IMG/VR virus record: IMGVR_UViG_3300031521_000018
Location: 62,001-125,373 of that record
Source: an uncultured virus (IMG/VR IMGVR_UViG_3300031521_000018)
Taxonomy: Duplodnaviria; Heunggongvirae; Uroviricota; Caudoviricetes
Length of the DNA stretch: 63,373 nucleotides
Direction: 5' to 3' (one strand)
Shown piece after piece: positions 38,134-49,107 of this stretch. The position numbers were made by a program, and so were the translations under genes. Within the stretch, counting starts at the first letter, position 1. Every line of letters begins with the position of its first letter. Under the pieces are notes generated by a model. The model was not told the DNA's origin and did not search any database. It saw only the letters and a list, made by a program, of their open reading frames with translations.

Positions 38134-38841
38134 ATGGATAAAGTTACTGAAAACATTCCAAAGAAAGGTGAAATTGTTAGCAACCCCGCTAAATGGACAT
38201 CTAGAGAGAAGAAACATTGCAAGATCAGTTGGACTGAAAAGCTAAATGTAGGAACTAAAGCGGAGAAGGAAATACAACATTCATTAATACCAAAAGAATG
38301 GTGTAAACTAGTTACAAAAGGATTGCCTATTTTTAAAAATGGTTTGGGGATTATTGTTGTTCACGCTGAATATGCCTTTAAGGAATACATGTCGGGTGGG
38401 TCATTCGAGGAATCAATCGAAAAGGTAAAAATTTATGCTGATAATGTAAGGAAATCTTACATGGAGCAAGTAAGGAAATTCAGGCTTGAAACATTTATTA
38501 AGATTTGTGAGCAACACTACAATAACAATAACCTTGAAATAACTGTTGAAGAACTCAAGCTTTACCAATTTACCGATTTGGAAATAGATGTATTCACAAA
38601 GCATTTATCTGAAAATGGGGTTATTGATATTTCAGAGATAGACGGTAAAAAGATGTATATGCTTAAACAGCTTGATGCAATTGATAATGAACTTGATGGA
38701 AGTCAACCCGAAATGATGGATGATAAAATTATAGATGAAGTGTCACAGCCTATCATAGTTGATAATGAGTCAAATGGAAGTCAACCCGAAATGATGGATG
38801 ATAAAATGATGGATGAAGTGTCGCAGTCTGTAGTAATTTAA
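38134..38841 (+). CDS. Hypothetical protein with a C-terminal 26-aa tandem duplication
   Basis: GSQPEMMDDK twice; 78-bp DNA period. Confidence 0.65.
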   Translation: MDKVTENIPKKGEIVSNPAKWTSREKKHCKISWTEKLNVGTKAEKEIQHSLIPKEWCKLVTKGLPIFKNGLGIIVVHAEYAFKEYMSGGSFEESIEKVKIYADNVRKSYMEQVRKFRLETFIKICEQHYNNNNLEITVEELKLYQFTDLEIDVFTKHLSENGVIDISEIDGKKMYMLKQLDAIDNELDGSQPEMMDDKIIDEVSQPIIVDNESNGSQPEMMDDKMMDEVSQSVVI

Positions 38842-38926
38842 TAATGATTTATATAGGTGCTTGTGCTATTTTTTGCTTGGTTTATAACACAAGCACCAAA
38901 ATAAATAAATAAAATTAATTACCATT

Positions 38927-39298
38927 ATGGAACTAACAAGATTTCAACCGACCAACCAAGTTTCTGACATACCTGATATGTTGAATGCTGCATTTCAAAT
39001 CTTAGAGGATACGTTAAATCCTATTCTTCAAATTATAAATACTACCACCAAAACAATAAATTTATCAGGTCTACAAGGTACTTTACCTAATAAATCAATA
39101 ATAGCTGACAATATAATACTCACAGGAACTAGTGGTAATGTATTGGTGGTTTCACCTGATGGTGTAACCATCAAATCATCTATTGACAAAGATGGTGATT
39201 TCACACCTGCAAATATACAAACTGTTTCAGGTACTACGGATACAGAGAAATTAACATCTTTGATATTAGCACTTAAAACATTGGGATTAATACAATAA
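38927..39298 (+). CDS. Putative virion structural protein
   Basis: Late motif upstream; beta-rich; ends 'LILALKTLGLI'. Confidence 0.45.
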   Translation: MELTRFQPTNQVSDIPDMLNAAFQILEDTLNPILQIINTTTKTINLSGLQGTLPNKSIIADNIILTGTSGNVLVVSPDGVTIKSSIDKDGDFTPANIQTVSGTTDTEKLTSLILALKTLGLIQ

Positions 39299-39328
39299 TC
39301 AATAAAATTTATATCGACATCTAACCTA

Positions 39329-39892
39329 ATGGATGCCGATAATGTATTGAAAAGTATGAAAAAACTGCAGATATTCAAACCTGATTTAGAAGGATTCCTA
39401 CTCAACCATGTGGAACTCAATCCATCTAAATCTCAAATAGAATCGGGAGAATATGACAAAGCTGCAATTATTATTCAGGGGATGAATATAACCATTGAAA
39501 ATCCAAAAGGTTCTACACGTTCGGGTGTTGATGATAATGGTAAAAAATGGTCAACGGAAATGAAAAATCATTATGGGTACTTTGATAATACACATGACAG
39601 AATAGGAGAAGATATTGATGTATTTATAGGTGATAACACCAATAGTACTATGGTATATGTTGTAGATCAGATAGACCCTTTAACAGGTAAATTTGATGAA
39701 AGTAAAGTAATGCTTGGATATAACAGCCATCAAGATGCTAAAGAATCATATTTGAATAATTATGATAAAGATTGGAAAGGTTTTCAAAATATAACACCCG
39801 TACATATAGATAAATTCAAAGAATGGTTGTATGATGGCGGAAGGCAACTTATACCATTTCATAAATATCTCGATACCCCAAAACCAATATAA
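39329..39892 (+). CDS. Stand-alone InPase (inorganic pyrophosphatase-like) domain of phage polyvalent proteins
   Basis: 'IENPKGSTRSG.D..G..W...M..HYGY', 'IDVFIG', 'VVDQ', 'FDESKVMLG'; alternative start 39356 (MKKLQIF). Confidence 0.8.
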   Translation: MDADNVLKSMKKLQIFKPDLEGFLLNHVELNPSKSQIESGEYDKAAIIIQGMNITIENPKGSTRSGVDDNGKKWSTEMKNHYGYFDNTHDRIGEDIDVFIGDNTNSTMVYVVDQIDPLTGKFDESKVMLGYNSHQDAKESYLNNYDKDWKGFQNITPVHIDKFKEWLYDGGRQLIPFHKYLDTPKPI

Positions 39893-39929
39893 ATAAGATT
39901 AACGTTGTTGTGCTTCTATATAAAGATGT

Positions 39930-40694
39930 ATGGTAACATTAAATTTGGTTCACGGCTGTGATATAGATTCCTGTGATCTATACAAAACAGGGTTCTGCTA
40001 TGTAAAAACCAAATTCTCCAATAAAAATTTCCTAAAAAACGACTTTCTAAAGCCTAAATATTATCCCGAATATTGGGATAAATTACCAAAAAGACCCGAT
40101 ATTTATATATGTTCAATTATGGGTGATATGTTAAGTAGTACTATAACTGACCTAAATCTTATAGACATACTTGAACATATAGAAAGAAGACCACACGATG
40201 TATTTTTCTTGCAATCAAAGAACCCAATAAGGTATTTTAAGTTTTTGAAAGAATGTTGGATAAAGGAAATACCCAAGAACATTTATTTTGGAACTTCTGT
40301 TGAAAATAATAATTATAACTGCAGAATAAAAGATTTATCCAAACTTAAATTTTTAAATAAATCAATTCATCTTTGGTTAGAAATCGAACCTATCATGGGT
40401 GATTGTTCCAAACTTGATCTTTCACTTATGGAATATATAACAGTTTCAACTATAGGGTTTGATCAAACTTATAGATCAACTATTGATAACCATATATTGA
40501 GCATAGGTGAGCTATATAAAGATGAATGGATAGAATCATTATATGAAAACCAAACGGTAAATAAAAATATACTTAGATTTTATAGCAATGTACTTGAACT
40601 GACACATTCATATAAAATATTGAAACATCCAAATTTTGATGTATATAAAATTTTGTATAAATTGGATAATAAACAAGTTAATTCTTTATTTTAA
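39930..40694 (+). CDS. DUF5131 / Gp37-Gp68-like radical-SAM-related protein
   Basis: 'GC...C......CY', 'SIMGD', 'PHDVFFLQSKNP', 'PKNIYFGTSVE', 'IEP'. Confidence 0.7.
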   Translation: MVTLNLVHGCDIDSCDLYKTGFCYVKTKFSNKNFLKNDFLKPKYYPEYWDKLPKRPDIYICSIMGDMLSSTITDLNLIDILEHIERRPHDVFFLQSKNPIRYFKFLKECWIKEIPKNIYFGTSVENNNYNCRIKDLSKLKFLNKSIHLWLEIEPIMGDCSKLDLSLMEYITVSTIGFDQTYRSTIDNHILSIGELYKDEWIESLYENQTVNKNILRFYSNVLELTHSYKILKHPNFDVYKILYKLDNKQVNSLF

Positions 40695-41074
40695 TGGGTA
40701 AAAAGAATGAAAGTCCTGTTATTGTCGGCAGGATAGCTTACGAACGTTATAGAGTTATAGAAACTGAAAATGGTATTATAAGGCAAGGTATGGGCTTAAG
40801 CGGTAAAATTGAGGCAATAATAGTACATATCACAGGTGGTATACATGTCAGATTTTCTACAGATGTTGCAGCTAATACTGTTCCAATAGAATGGGTTACC
40901 ACAGATGAAAAAATGTCCAAAATTGATATAACTATGCTTGAAAGTATTAAAATACTTTCAAGGCAAACAAAACATGTATTATGTAATTCAAAGATAAGAG
41001 TTAATAGAAAAATGTTCTCGGAAAAATTAGAATTCTTAGCAAAACAAAGAAAGCAATATGCAAACAGAAACTAA
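40694..41074 (+). CDS. Hypothetical protein
   Basis: 126-aa ORF. Confidence 0.6.
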   Translation: MGKKNESPVIVGRIAYERYRVIETENGIIRQGMGLSGKIEAIIVHITGGIHVRFSTDVAANTVPIEWVTTDEKMSKIDITMLESIKILSRQTKHVLCNSKIRVNRKMFSEKLEFLAKQRKQYANRN

Positions 41075-41588
41075 AGTAGCACATTTAAGAAATATTTTAA
41101 CCCCAATAAAAAACTATTTCTCAATGTTGAAAGCCGATAAAAATAATCAGGTAATTAGTACTTTGCTGCTTGATAAAGAAGCTGACAATTGTATTAAAGT
41201 TCTACCTGAGATATTGGAACTTATGGATAAATTACCACCCCATTATCTTGGATTTTTTGAATATCCACAATACTGTAATACATGTGATTATTTCAGTAAA
41301 GATGTCAAGAAATGTAAAAAATGTGCTTCATCGGGTTTAGAAAAAAGAACTAATCACAGCGATAACTATTGGAACGGTGTTATTGTTGATGCAAGAATTG
41401 TTAGTGATACCACATTTGCAACAAGATTACATGGTTTTCTATCAGATGTGGAAACCAATGATTGTATATCATGTGAAGAGCTTGAATATCTGAAAACGAT
41501 TTCTGAAAAACTATTGAAATTCCAACAAATGACAGCATCTGATGAAAAGGAAATTGAATACCTCAATACAACAAAAAAAGGCTTATAA
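41058..41588 (+). CDS. Hypothetical protein with CxxC..CxxC
   Basis: 176-aa ORF. Confidence 0.6.
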   Translation: MQTETKVAHLRNILTPIKNYFSMLKADKNNQVISTLLLDKEADNCIKVLPEILELMDKLPPHYLGFFEYPQYCNTCDYFSKDVKKCKKCASSGLEKRTNHSDNYWNGVIVDARIVSDTTFATRLHGFLSDVETNDCISCEELEYLKTISEKLLKFQQMTASDEKEIEYLNTTKKGL

Positions 41589-41754
41589 TGTATTATGACT
41601 TTATGGGATATAAGGTTTTGCCTGTAATTTGGTTTTTTGAATATACAAATTGTTATATGATTATATACCTCATATTTCCTGAAAGAGTTCAGGTAATGAT
41701 TTGAAACCGTTTAATATTAACTAATATAAAATAATGTTACGATTATAGATAAAT

Positions 41755-41980
41755 GATGGTGATTATTATTCGGCTTGGTGTTGTCGTTGTGGTAAATCCA
41801 CAGACTTGACTATTAAATTAGGGCTGTCCCCTAATTCCGTTTCCAACCCGAAATCACCAAATCCGTTCCCGATATTCGGAGTCCATACAGGCATTTGGTA
41901 GAAATGCCATCAATACCTGACTTTGGACATCACAAGCAATCTGACCTACAACTCAGAGCATGCAACTATTGGGAACACTG
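41755..41980. ncRNA. Candidate structured ncRNA
   Basis: GC-enriched stretch without a convincing ORF, containing several nested stems. Confidence 0.45.
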
Positions 41981-42014
41981 ATTCCGTGAAGATATAAGCC
42001 ATCTTCACGGAATC
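41980..42014 (+). terminator. Strong hairpin/terminator
   Basis: gattccgtgaagat-ataagcc-atcttcacggaatc. Confidence 0.7.
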
Positions 42015-42041
42015 TTCGTTTTAAATAATTAAACAAATCAT

Positions 42042-42581
42042 ATGCAACCATTACAAATGATACAAGATTATAAATGCAGAATAAATTTGACAGACTATGA
42101 TTTTGCCTGTCTTATGGTGGATGTTTATCCTATACTTTTAATTACAAAATTACAAAATAAAATAGATTTGGATGATTTGGATGATAAAGGTATAGAAACA
42201 AATCAACACATAACAGTAGTATACGGAATTGATACTTATGTTGGACTTTCTAGGATGTTGACTATGATACCTAAAAATATTGGCACTTTAAAATTAGGAA
42301 AGATAAGTGTTTTCGAAAATGAAAAATATGATGTATTAAAAGTGTCAATTATACCATCTAATGAATTGTTGAAATTAAGATCAGATATAGTCAATAAATT
42401 ACATGTTACATTAACATACCCAAATTTTGAACCTCATATAACGCTAGCATATCTTAAAAAAGGAACTGCGGCAAAATATTTACTTAAATTTGGAAATATA
42501 GATTTAAGTAATGAGGTTGTTGTATTTGATAAATATAATTATTCAGGCGGTAATTTAAATGAAACATTTATAAAGTTATAA
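42042..42581 (+). CDS. 2H phosphoesterase, T4 gp57B/Acb1-like (candidate anti-CBASS nuclease)
   Basis: Two HxT motifs 'HITVVYG' and 'PHITLAY'; size typical of 57B/Acb1. Confidence 0.75.
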   Translation: MQPLQMIQDYKCRINLTDYDFACLMVDVYPILLITKLQNKIDLDDLDDKGIETNQHITVVYGIDTYVGLSRMLTMIPKNIGTLKLGKISVFENEKYDVLKVSIIPSNELLKLRSDIVNKLHVTLTYPNFEPHITLAYLKKGTAAKYLLKFGNIDLSNEVVVFDKYNYSGGNLNETFIKL

Positions 42582-43303
42582 TGAAATTAATAGCCGAAAC
42601 GTTGACCGATGAAATGATGATAACACCATATTCAACTATGGTATCTAGAAATCAAAAATGGTTTTACGATAATTACTTGACTGATCAGTCTAGTAAAAAT
42701 TTACCCGAAAAGAAAGATAAAATATTTTTAATTCCTGGTAAAATTTATACATTCGGATATAATCCAATAACCCCTGAGGAAAAATTACTTGCTCAATGCC
42801 CCGCTTTTTCATTCAGACCCATAAATTTCATAATAGGTCAAAAATTTACAAAATCAGGTGATTTCAACCCTTACGGAATTAATCTTACATTCGTACCACC
42901 AAGGATAAGGATACAAATACTAGACCAAATCATACGTGTGTTTGGCTCAGAGATAATAAATCCATCAATTAATCAAATGAAAGCTGGGAATCAACCAACT
43001 AGAACTTTACCCGTTAATTGGGAAATGATGCAAAAAATGCTTGAAAATAGTGGATTTGAATATTGTATACGTTCATATAAATATTCGGCATTTACATCAC
43101 CACCTCAAATTATTAGCTATGAAGATTGGCATAGATTATGTACTTTTACAATTCCTTTTATAAAGACAGCCAACCTTCTCGGTATAAGGAGTGTATATAT
43201 GTCATATTACGATAATCTTACGGGTGTAAAAAAAGCACCAAAAGATTTAAAAATAGCTGAACGCACTATAAAAGATATTAAATCTTATAAACACCTGTTC
43301 TAA
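42581..43303 (+). CDS. DNA end protector, T4 gp2-like
   Basis: 'PGKIYTFGY.P', 'GINL.F.PP..R..ILD', 'CIRSY'. Confidence 0.7.
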   Translation: MKLIAETLTDEMMITPYSTMVSRNQKWFYDNYLTDQSSKNLPEKKDKIFLIPGKIYTFGYNPITPEEKLLAQCPAFSFRPINFIIGQKFTKSGDFNPYGINLTFVPPRIRIQILDQIIRVFGSEIINPSINQMKAGNQPTRTLPVNWEMMQKMLENSGFEYCIRSYKYSAFTSPPQIISYEDWHRLCTFTIPFIKTANLLGIRSVYMSYYDNLTGVKKAPKDLKIAERTIKDIKSYKHLF

Positions 43304-43557
43304 TGAATGAACATACCGATAAAATTAGAAAATTCTTTGTTGATTGTCCATCAGATATAAATATAAAGTCTGACGATTTTATCATATGTATAGGTCAGAA
43401 GCAAAGTAATTCAGTTTATCATGTAATTGAATCAAATAAAAGATTTGTAAGAAGCAAATTTAGATTTACAGTTAAGGTTTTTAAGTCTGAACTTATTGTG
43501 TGTTTAAAAAGATCAGAAAATCAAAATATAATACCAATGAGTTGGAATAAAAGATAA
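43303..43557 (+). CDS. Hypothetical protein
   Basis: Translationally coupled ORF. Confidence 0.55.
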   Translation: MNEHTDKIRKFFVDCPSDINIKSDDFIICIGQKQSNSVYHVIESNKRFVRSKFRFTVKVFKSELIVCLKRSENQNIIPMSWNKR

Positions 43558-43643
43558 ATATGAAAATATTAATGTATTTGCTTATATAAGGGAGAAAATT
43601 ATACAATACTTGTAATAATTAACATTCTTAAAAACAAAACATT

Positions 43644-44345
43644 ATGCCGTTTAAAAGAGCAAAAGTGGTTATGCTTCCTACTAATCAAAAAGCACAAATT
43701 GGAAATTTAGTAAAGTCAAAGTGTAATGAGCTACATATACTCACCGAAAACGAGGTATTTATAGCTAAAACAACAATAGTTCAACATATTTACGTATTAT
43801 CAGGTAAAAAAAATACTGAGGTAGGTGGAGAAATTAAAGTTGGTGATTATGCAATAGGTCTTGATCAAATTGTATATAAGCTGAAAGAGGGTGAATTTCC
43901 TTTAAGAGCCGATAGAAAGATTATTGCATCAACTGATTTAAGTTTGGGATTGGAAGAAGCAATTAAAATAGCTAATGATTCTGATTGTATGAGTGGCTCT
44001 TCAGGTTGGGTTGAAATAAAGAACAAAAATTTGTTTCCACAATCATCGAAATCGTTTATTGATATTTATATTAAAGAATACAACAATGGTAGACAAATTA
44101 CCGATGTTTTGGTTGAATATGAACAGGATACTCAATCTTGGATAAATGCATTTAATAAATCAGCAAAAGATTTTGAACGGTTAAAAATTAATCCAAAAGA
44201 TAGAACTATAACAATAAGGAAGATTAAAAACAACTATACTTTTGAGGAAGTTGAAATACTAATAAATAAGCACAGAGATGATAACCTTTCTGCGGGCGGA
44301 ACTAACAAAATATTAACTGTAAATTGGATTTATGAAAACCTATAA
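43644..44345 (+). CDS. Hypothetical protein (Bacteroidota-phage type)
   Basis: 'VVMLPT...QHIY.LS...EIK.GD...RKIIASTD' pattern. Confidence 0.65.
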   Translation: MPFKRAKVVMLPTNQKAQIGNLVKSKCNELHILTENEVFIAKTTIVQHIYVLSGKKNTEVGGEIKVGDYAIGLDQIVYKLKEGEFPLRADRKIIASTDLSLGLEEAIKIANDSDCMSGSSGWVEIKNKNLFPQSSKSFIDIYIKEYNNGRQITDVLVEYEQDTQSWINAFNKSAKDFERLKINPKDRTITIRKIKNNYTFEEVEILINKHRDDNLSAGGTNKILTVNWIYENL

Positions 44346-44357
44346 GTTGCTAACATT

Positions 44358-44954
44358 ATGAAAATAAAAGGTAAAATAGTTAAAATCTCGGAAAATATTC
44401 ATTTTGCTGTAAAAGGTTATATAAGTGAAAATGAATACTTCATTGTAATGGAGAATAATGAGTGGTGCATCCATAAATGTCAACATATAATTAATGAATC
44501 ATCTGTTATGTCTTTCACTAAAGATATAGAGAAAAACTGTCAAATTATTTATAAAGTATTTCAACTAGATGATTGTCTTAGAGTAAGGATTTCATCGGAT
44601 ACTAAAATATGTACAAAATTAAGACCTCCATATATTTACAACGATCAAGTGTTTTTGCTCAAAAAGGAGTCCACTGATTATATTTTAAACATTAAAACAC
44701 GTTTATTTGATACCGTATTTATAGAATTTAAAGAATATTGTATTCATAATTCTAAAAATAATTTTTTTGATGGGCAAGTAGACCTAACAAGCTGTGGTAA
44801 TAGAGATACTTGGTATAGTGATGGTATTTGTACATTTTGTGGTAGACCTATAATACAAGATACTTTTGTAGGTGGTAGACATTCAATATATTTAGAGCCA
44901 ATGTATGACGATAAAAATATAATTGCATTTACTGAATTTACTATAACATTATGA
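44358..44954 (+). CDS. Hypothetical protein
   Basis: 198-aa ORF. Confidence 0.6.
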   Translation: MKIKGKIVKISENIHFAVKGYISENEYFIVMENNEWCIHKCQHIINESSVMSFTKDIEKNCQIIYKVFQLDDCLRVRISSDTKICTKLRPPYIYNDQVFLLKKESTDYILNIKTRLFDTVFIEFKEYCIHNSKNNFFDGQVDLTSCGNRDTWYSDGICTFCGRPIIQDTFVGGRHSIYLEPMYDDKNIIAFTEFTITL

Positions 44955-45307
44955 AACAATTAGCCATTGATCACTCTCAAACAAAGGACATAATTATAAC
45001 AATACCATCAATCACAAAATGGGAAGAATACCAAAAGGAACTTGATTTGGTGAAAGATGGTAAGTATGTAATGAATTTCAAAGTTACCTCATATCCAAAG
45101 CAAACAGAGGTTGGTAAGAAATGTTATCTGTGTTATAAGGGAAACATAATAGGATATATGTTTATTACAGCACTAAGTGATAAACCATTTAATTGTGAAA
45201 CTACGGGTACTGCTTGGGTTGGTAAATTTATTCAAAGAAGTGGTGAATTTCATAAGATAGCACCTATTCCTATGAAAGGGTTTAGAGGCTTTAGATATTT
45301 TCAATAA
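44951..45307 (+). CDS. Hypothetical protein (possible PUA/ASCH-like)
   Basis: 118 aa; beta-rich; ends 'KGFRGFRY'. Confidence 0.5.
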   Translation: MKQLAIDHSQTKDIIITIPSITKWEEYQKELDLVKDGKYVMNFKVTSYPKQTEVGKKCYLCYKGNIIGYMFITALSDKPFNCETTGTAWVGKFIQRSGEFHKIAPIPMKGFRGFRYFQ

Positions 45308-48255
45308 ATGAAAAAGATAATACTTGAATTAACTCAAAGGGAATTTGATTCAATGATTTCAATGATAGAGGATAATGCTATAATGGTTGGTACTGCTGAT
45401 AAAGAATTTGTTGTACCAACTAAAAATAATATAAAAATATTCAACAAAGCACTTAGTAGAAATAATATAAATTATAAAATAATATCATGAGTGAAACATT
45501 ATTTGTGGATGGTTTTGATAATGCTATACTTGGTTTGAATGCTGAAACAAACCGTGTTGTATATTCCAAAAAGAAAATGATTAACATGTTAGCCAAGCAG
45601 TATTCGGAAGACCCTGATAACAAAGATGACCCTGAATATGACCCTGAACTTGAGGCTATAATGTTTTTAGAATACAATACATTTACAGCATATATGGGGG
45701 TAGGAACACCACTTTATAACGATGATGATGTGGATGAAGAGGAAATAGATGATTGTATGGCTATTACAATACATAATTATACTCCAATGACTAAAGATGA
45801 AATTGTTGATTGCATAAGCATTGGGGATAATAGCCAAATTAAAGCATTTGAATTAGAGGACAAAACCGATAATTTATGTAATTATTGTAATTGTAATTAT
45901 CCTGACTGTGAATCAAGAATACGATTCGGGGTTGGTGATGGTGATGATAATATAATAGGCTGTGATGTGTTTCAAGGTGATATTTCAGACACCTTCATTG
46001 AAGAGAAGCAATATATTAAGGAAGAATTTAACTTAATTTACGAGGATAATGTCTAAAATAGAAAATATAATACAGACAGTTGATGCAGACTATCAATGTC
46101 CTAGATGTATTATAGGAAGACTAAGACCAACAGGTAAAAAATTTATTGGACTATATTACCAACACAAATGTAATACACCAAAATGTGGTTATATTGAAAC
46201 TCTTGATAAAATTTATCCTTATTCCGAAACACGTAAAATAAAATAAAATCACACTTGTGTTACTTAAAATTAAAAATTATGTGATATATAAATGAAGATG
46301 AATCAACGGTTACTTATACTTTTGAGGAGCTAAAAAAGGTAGTTGATAACGAGTCCGAAAATTTCCCTGATAGTCCAAGTTTTGAAGCATGTACACTTTC
46401 ATCAATTAAAGAGGGAGAAACAGTTGAGTTGGATTTTAACAATCAATCTTTTAAAATATTATAAGGCATGGAAATATTTCATAAAAAATTTAGACAAGAA
46501 CCTGATTATAAATATGGAAAATTTGATGATAATCATGATGATAATCCCATTAAAATATCTCGTAAATTTTATATCCCATGCAAAAGCTACAATCTTACAT
46601 ATGCTTTTGTATTTACCGAAGAAGAGGTATTAAATGGAATTCATGGAAATATCGATATTGAACAGGAACTTATGGTTATTTGGCAAAGATGTCCAATATT
46701 CGAATATAAAATAATAAAGAAGAAATTTTGTAAAAAAAGCATGGGGATAATTTACTTAGTTAAGGTAACCAAATGTGAAGCCGATTGTTAATATTAAAAT
46801 ATATGTCATTAAGCACATTTCCAACAAAAGTCCAAGGGAAAATATTTGAATTTTTAAATCAATTTGAATTTTCTATTAATGAGTTAAATGATATCAAAAC
46901 AATATCTGTTAAAATTTTTGATAAATTTTATTTTCGTTATACATTGGATGAATGTACAGATTTAGCAAAAGACTATACACAAAATAAATTAAAAGTATTA
47001 TGAGAAAAAGCGGATATTATTGGGCTTATGCCTTAAGTTTGGATAACATACCAATTAATGATTGGGTTGTGGTTTTATACAACAAGGGTGTTGATAAATA
47101 TAAGTATTATAACAATAATTGGTATAAAGAATATTGTTTCAGGGAAGTCGATGCTGAAATGATTGTGCACTTGACAGCTAATGACAGGAAAAAACAGCAG
47201 TTGATGTTTATAGATGCTGCCTGTGAATTAAATCAGGAAATGTATAAAAAACATGGAGAAATCTGTGATCAGTTTTATTATATGACAAATGGATATACAG
47301 ACATTTTCGGATTTGGAGATAAGACACTTTGGGATTCTGAAAACGATGAACGTGTATGGATTGAGGAAAACGACGATTATGAGAATTTTAAATCTTTCAT
47401 AACTAACATATTTAATGTTTGGATTAAATCGTTAAACAAATTAAAATTATGACAATAACAAGTCTTTTTGGTTTGGAATCAGATGACCCAAAACTAAAAC
47501 TATTCCATGATACACGTGGAAACCCGAAAAAAGTTATATGTACAAAAGACAATCCAAGAAGCAGGTCTATTGAGCATCATATATTTAAAAAAGGTGATAT
47601 AGTTGTTGTTAATGGAACTGTTGGGGAAGGAGATAATTTTATGGTTTCTATTCCTGAGGTGTGTGGTTTTTATGATTATACTCATTTTGAATTGGTGGAT
47701 GATGAAGAAATAAAATTATGTGAAAGCCACAGTACTTGTTGTTATCCGTTGGATTCAGGGGAAATATGTTTGCCATCTAAAGGATGTTTTACAAAAGGTA
47801 TATAATAATTTTAAAATATATAAACAATGGAAGCCATAGTACAATTAAGAAAATCAGAATATGACACTCTTGTTGAATCTGCAAGCTTGAGTATTAAAAA
47901 TATAGAAAGGAAAGCTCAAGAACTCTATGAAGAAAATGGAACTTTTGCAATAAAGATTGAACTTGATGTTCAAGAGAACTATCATAGTGATATAACCTTT
48001 AAAGCAAGTAGCTATGTAAAGGATTGGGATAATAAATTTCCTATATCAGACGATGACAAACGAAAGATAGTTAAATTCGTGAATTATAAAGCCAAAGACT
48101 TACTTGTCAGAAAATTCGGTAAGCAAATAGCCAATGTCAATTTTTATAATGATGAAATTAAAAAGCTTAATATTGCTAGGAATTCATCGATGATTTTTAC
48201 TATTACGGGTTGGCTTGCCGCTTTGACTTTGGTTTTAATATCAATATTGAAGTAA
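45308..48255 (+). other. Run of small accessory hypothetical CDSs (45308-45490, 45487-46056, 46049-46246, 46468-46791, 46785-47003, 47000-47452, 47449-47805, 47827-48255)
   Basis: Tightly packed, often overlapping plus-strand ORFs with no recognisable family. Confidence 0.6.
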
Positions 48256-48270
48256 ATACGCTAATTAAGC

Positions 48271-48304
48271 AAAGAGGACTGAATACATACATTCAGTCCT
48301 CTTT
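48271..48304 (+). terminator. Terminator hairpin
   Basis: aaagaggactgaat-acatac-attcagtcctcttt. Confidence 0.7.
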
Positions 48305-48407
48305 ATATGTCACCCAAGGTCACACGATATATTTTCCTTCAATTTTCGTACTTATAATCCTATTAAAACCTTTTTAAGTTTTCAATTATAAAAAGGAAAA
48401 TCTTTAT

Positions 48408-48968
48408 ATGGATGCAATTATAACTATTACTTTAGATCAATTAAAATCTTTATTAGATCAACAAATAGAGATTACTATTGAAAAATGTATGTCCCAAACA
48501 AGTTATTACAATGATGAAAGCACAGACAGCTGTTCTAAATCTTTGCCTATAAATAAGGAAAGATTTTATAAAAATGGTCGTAATTCAAAATATCCAAATG
48601 ATTTCATAGTTCTATCGAAATATCTTAAGTGATAATATAAATTGATTAAAAATATAAATTATTAAACCTCTAATACAATTGATATGAATAATCCATTTTA
48701 CTATTTACATGTTTGGTTCAGCAGACATCTGCTAGGTTTTTGCCCTGAGTGTAATTCATCATCACCTAAAATGTATGGTTGTCCTGTATGTCATCATGAT
48801 AGAACAGCACCTTTTGACAAAAAGAAATCACATTCATATTGGTTACGTTGGCGGGTACTGCATGGATATACTCATGTTCATTATACTAAAGAGGAAAGAG
48901 CGTTTATAATGTCAATATTGTTGGATACCCCTGTTGAACAGCACTATTATAATTTTAATCAATTGTAA
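48408..48968 (+). other. Two small hypothetical CDSs (48408-48632; 48684-48968 with CxxC zinc ribbon)
   Basis: ORF track. Confidence 0.55.
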
Positions 48969-49107
48969 ATATTTATGTTTTACTTAGCACATTTAAGAGT
49001 TACAAAATATTATGAAGACTTAAGTACACCTTATTATAAATCATATGAGATTGATAACTATATAAGCATAAATGCAATAATTTCCTAATATAATAAACTT
49101 TACCGAT

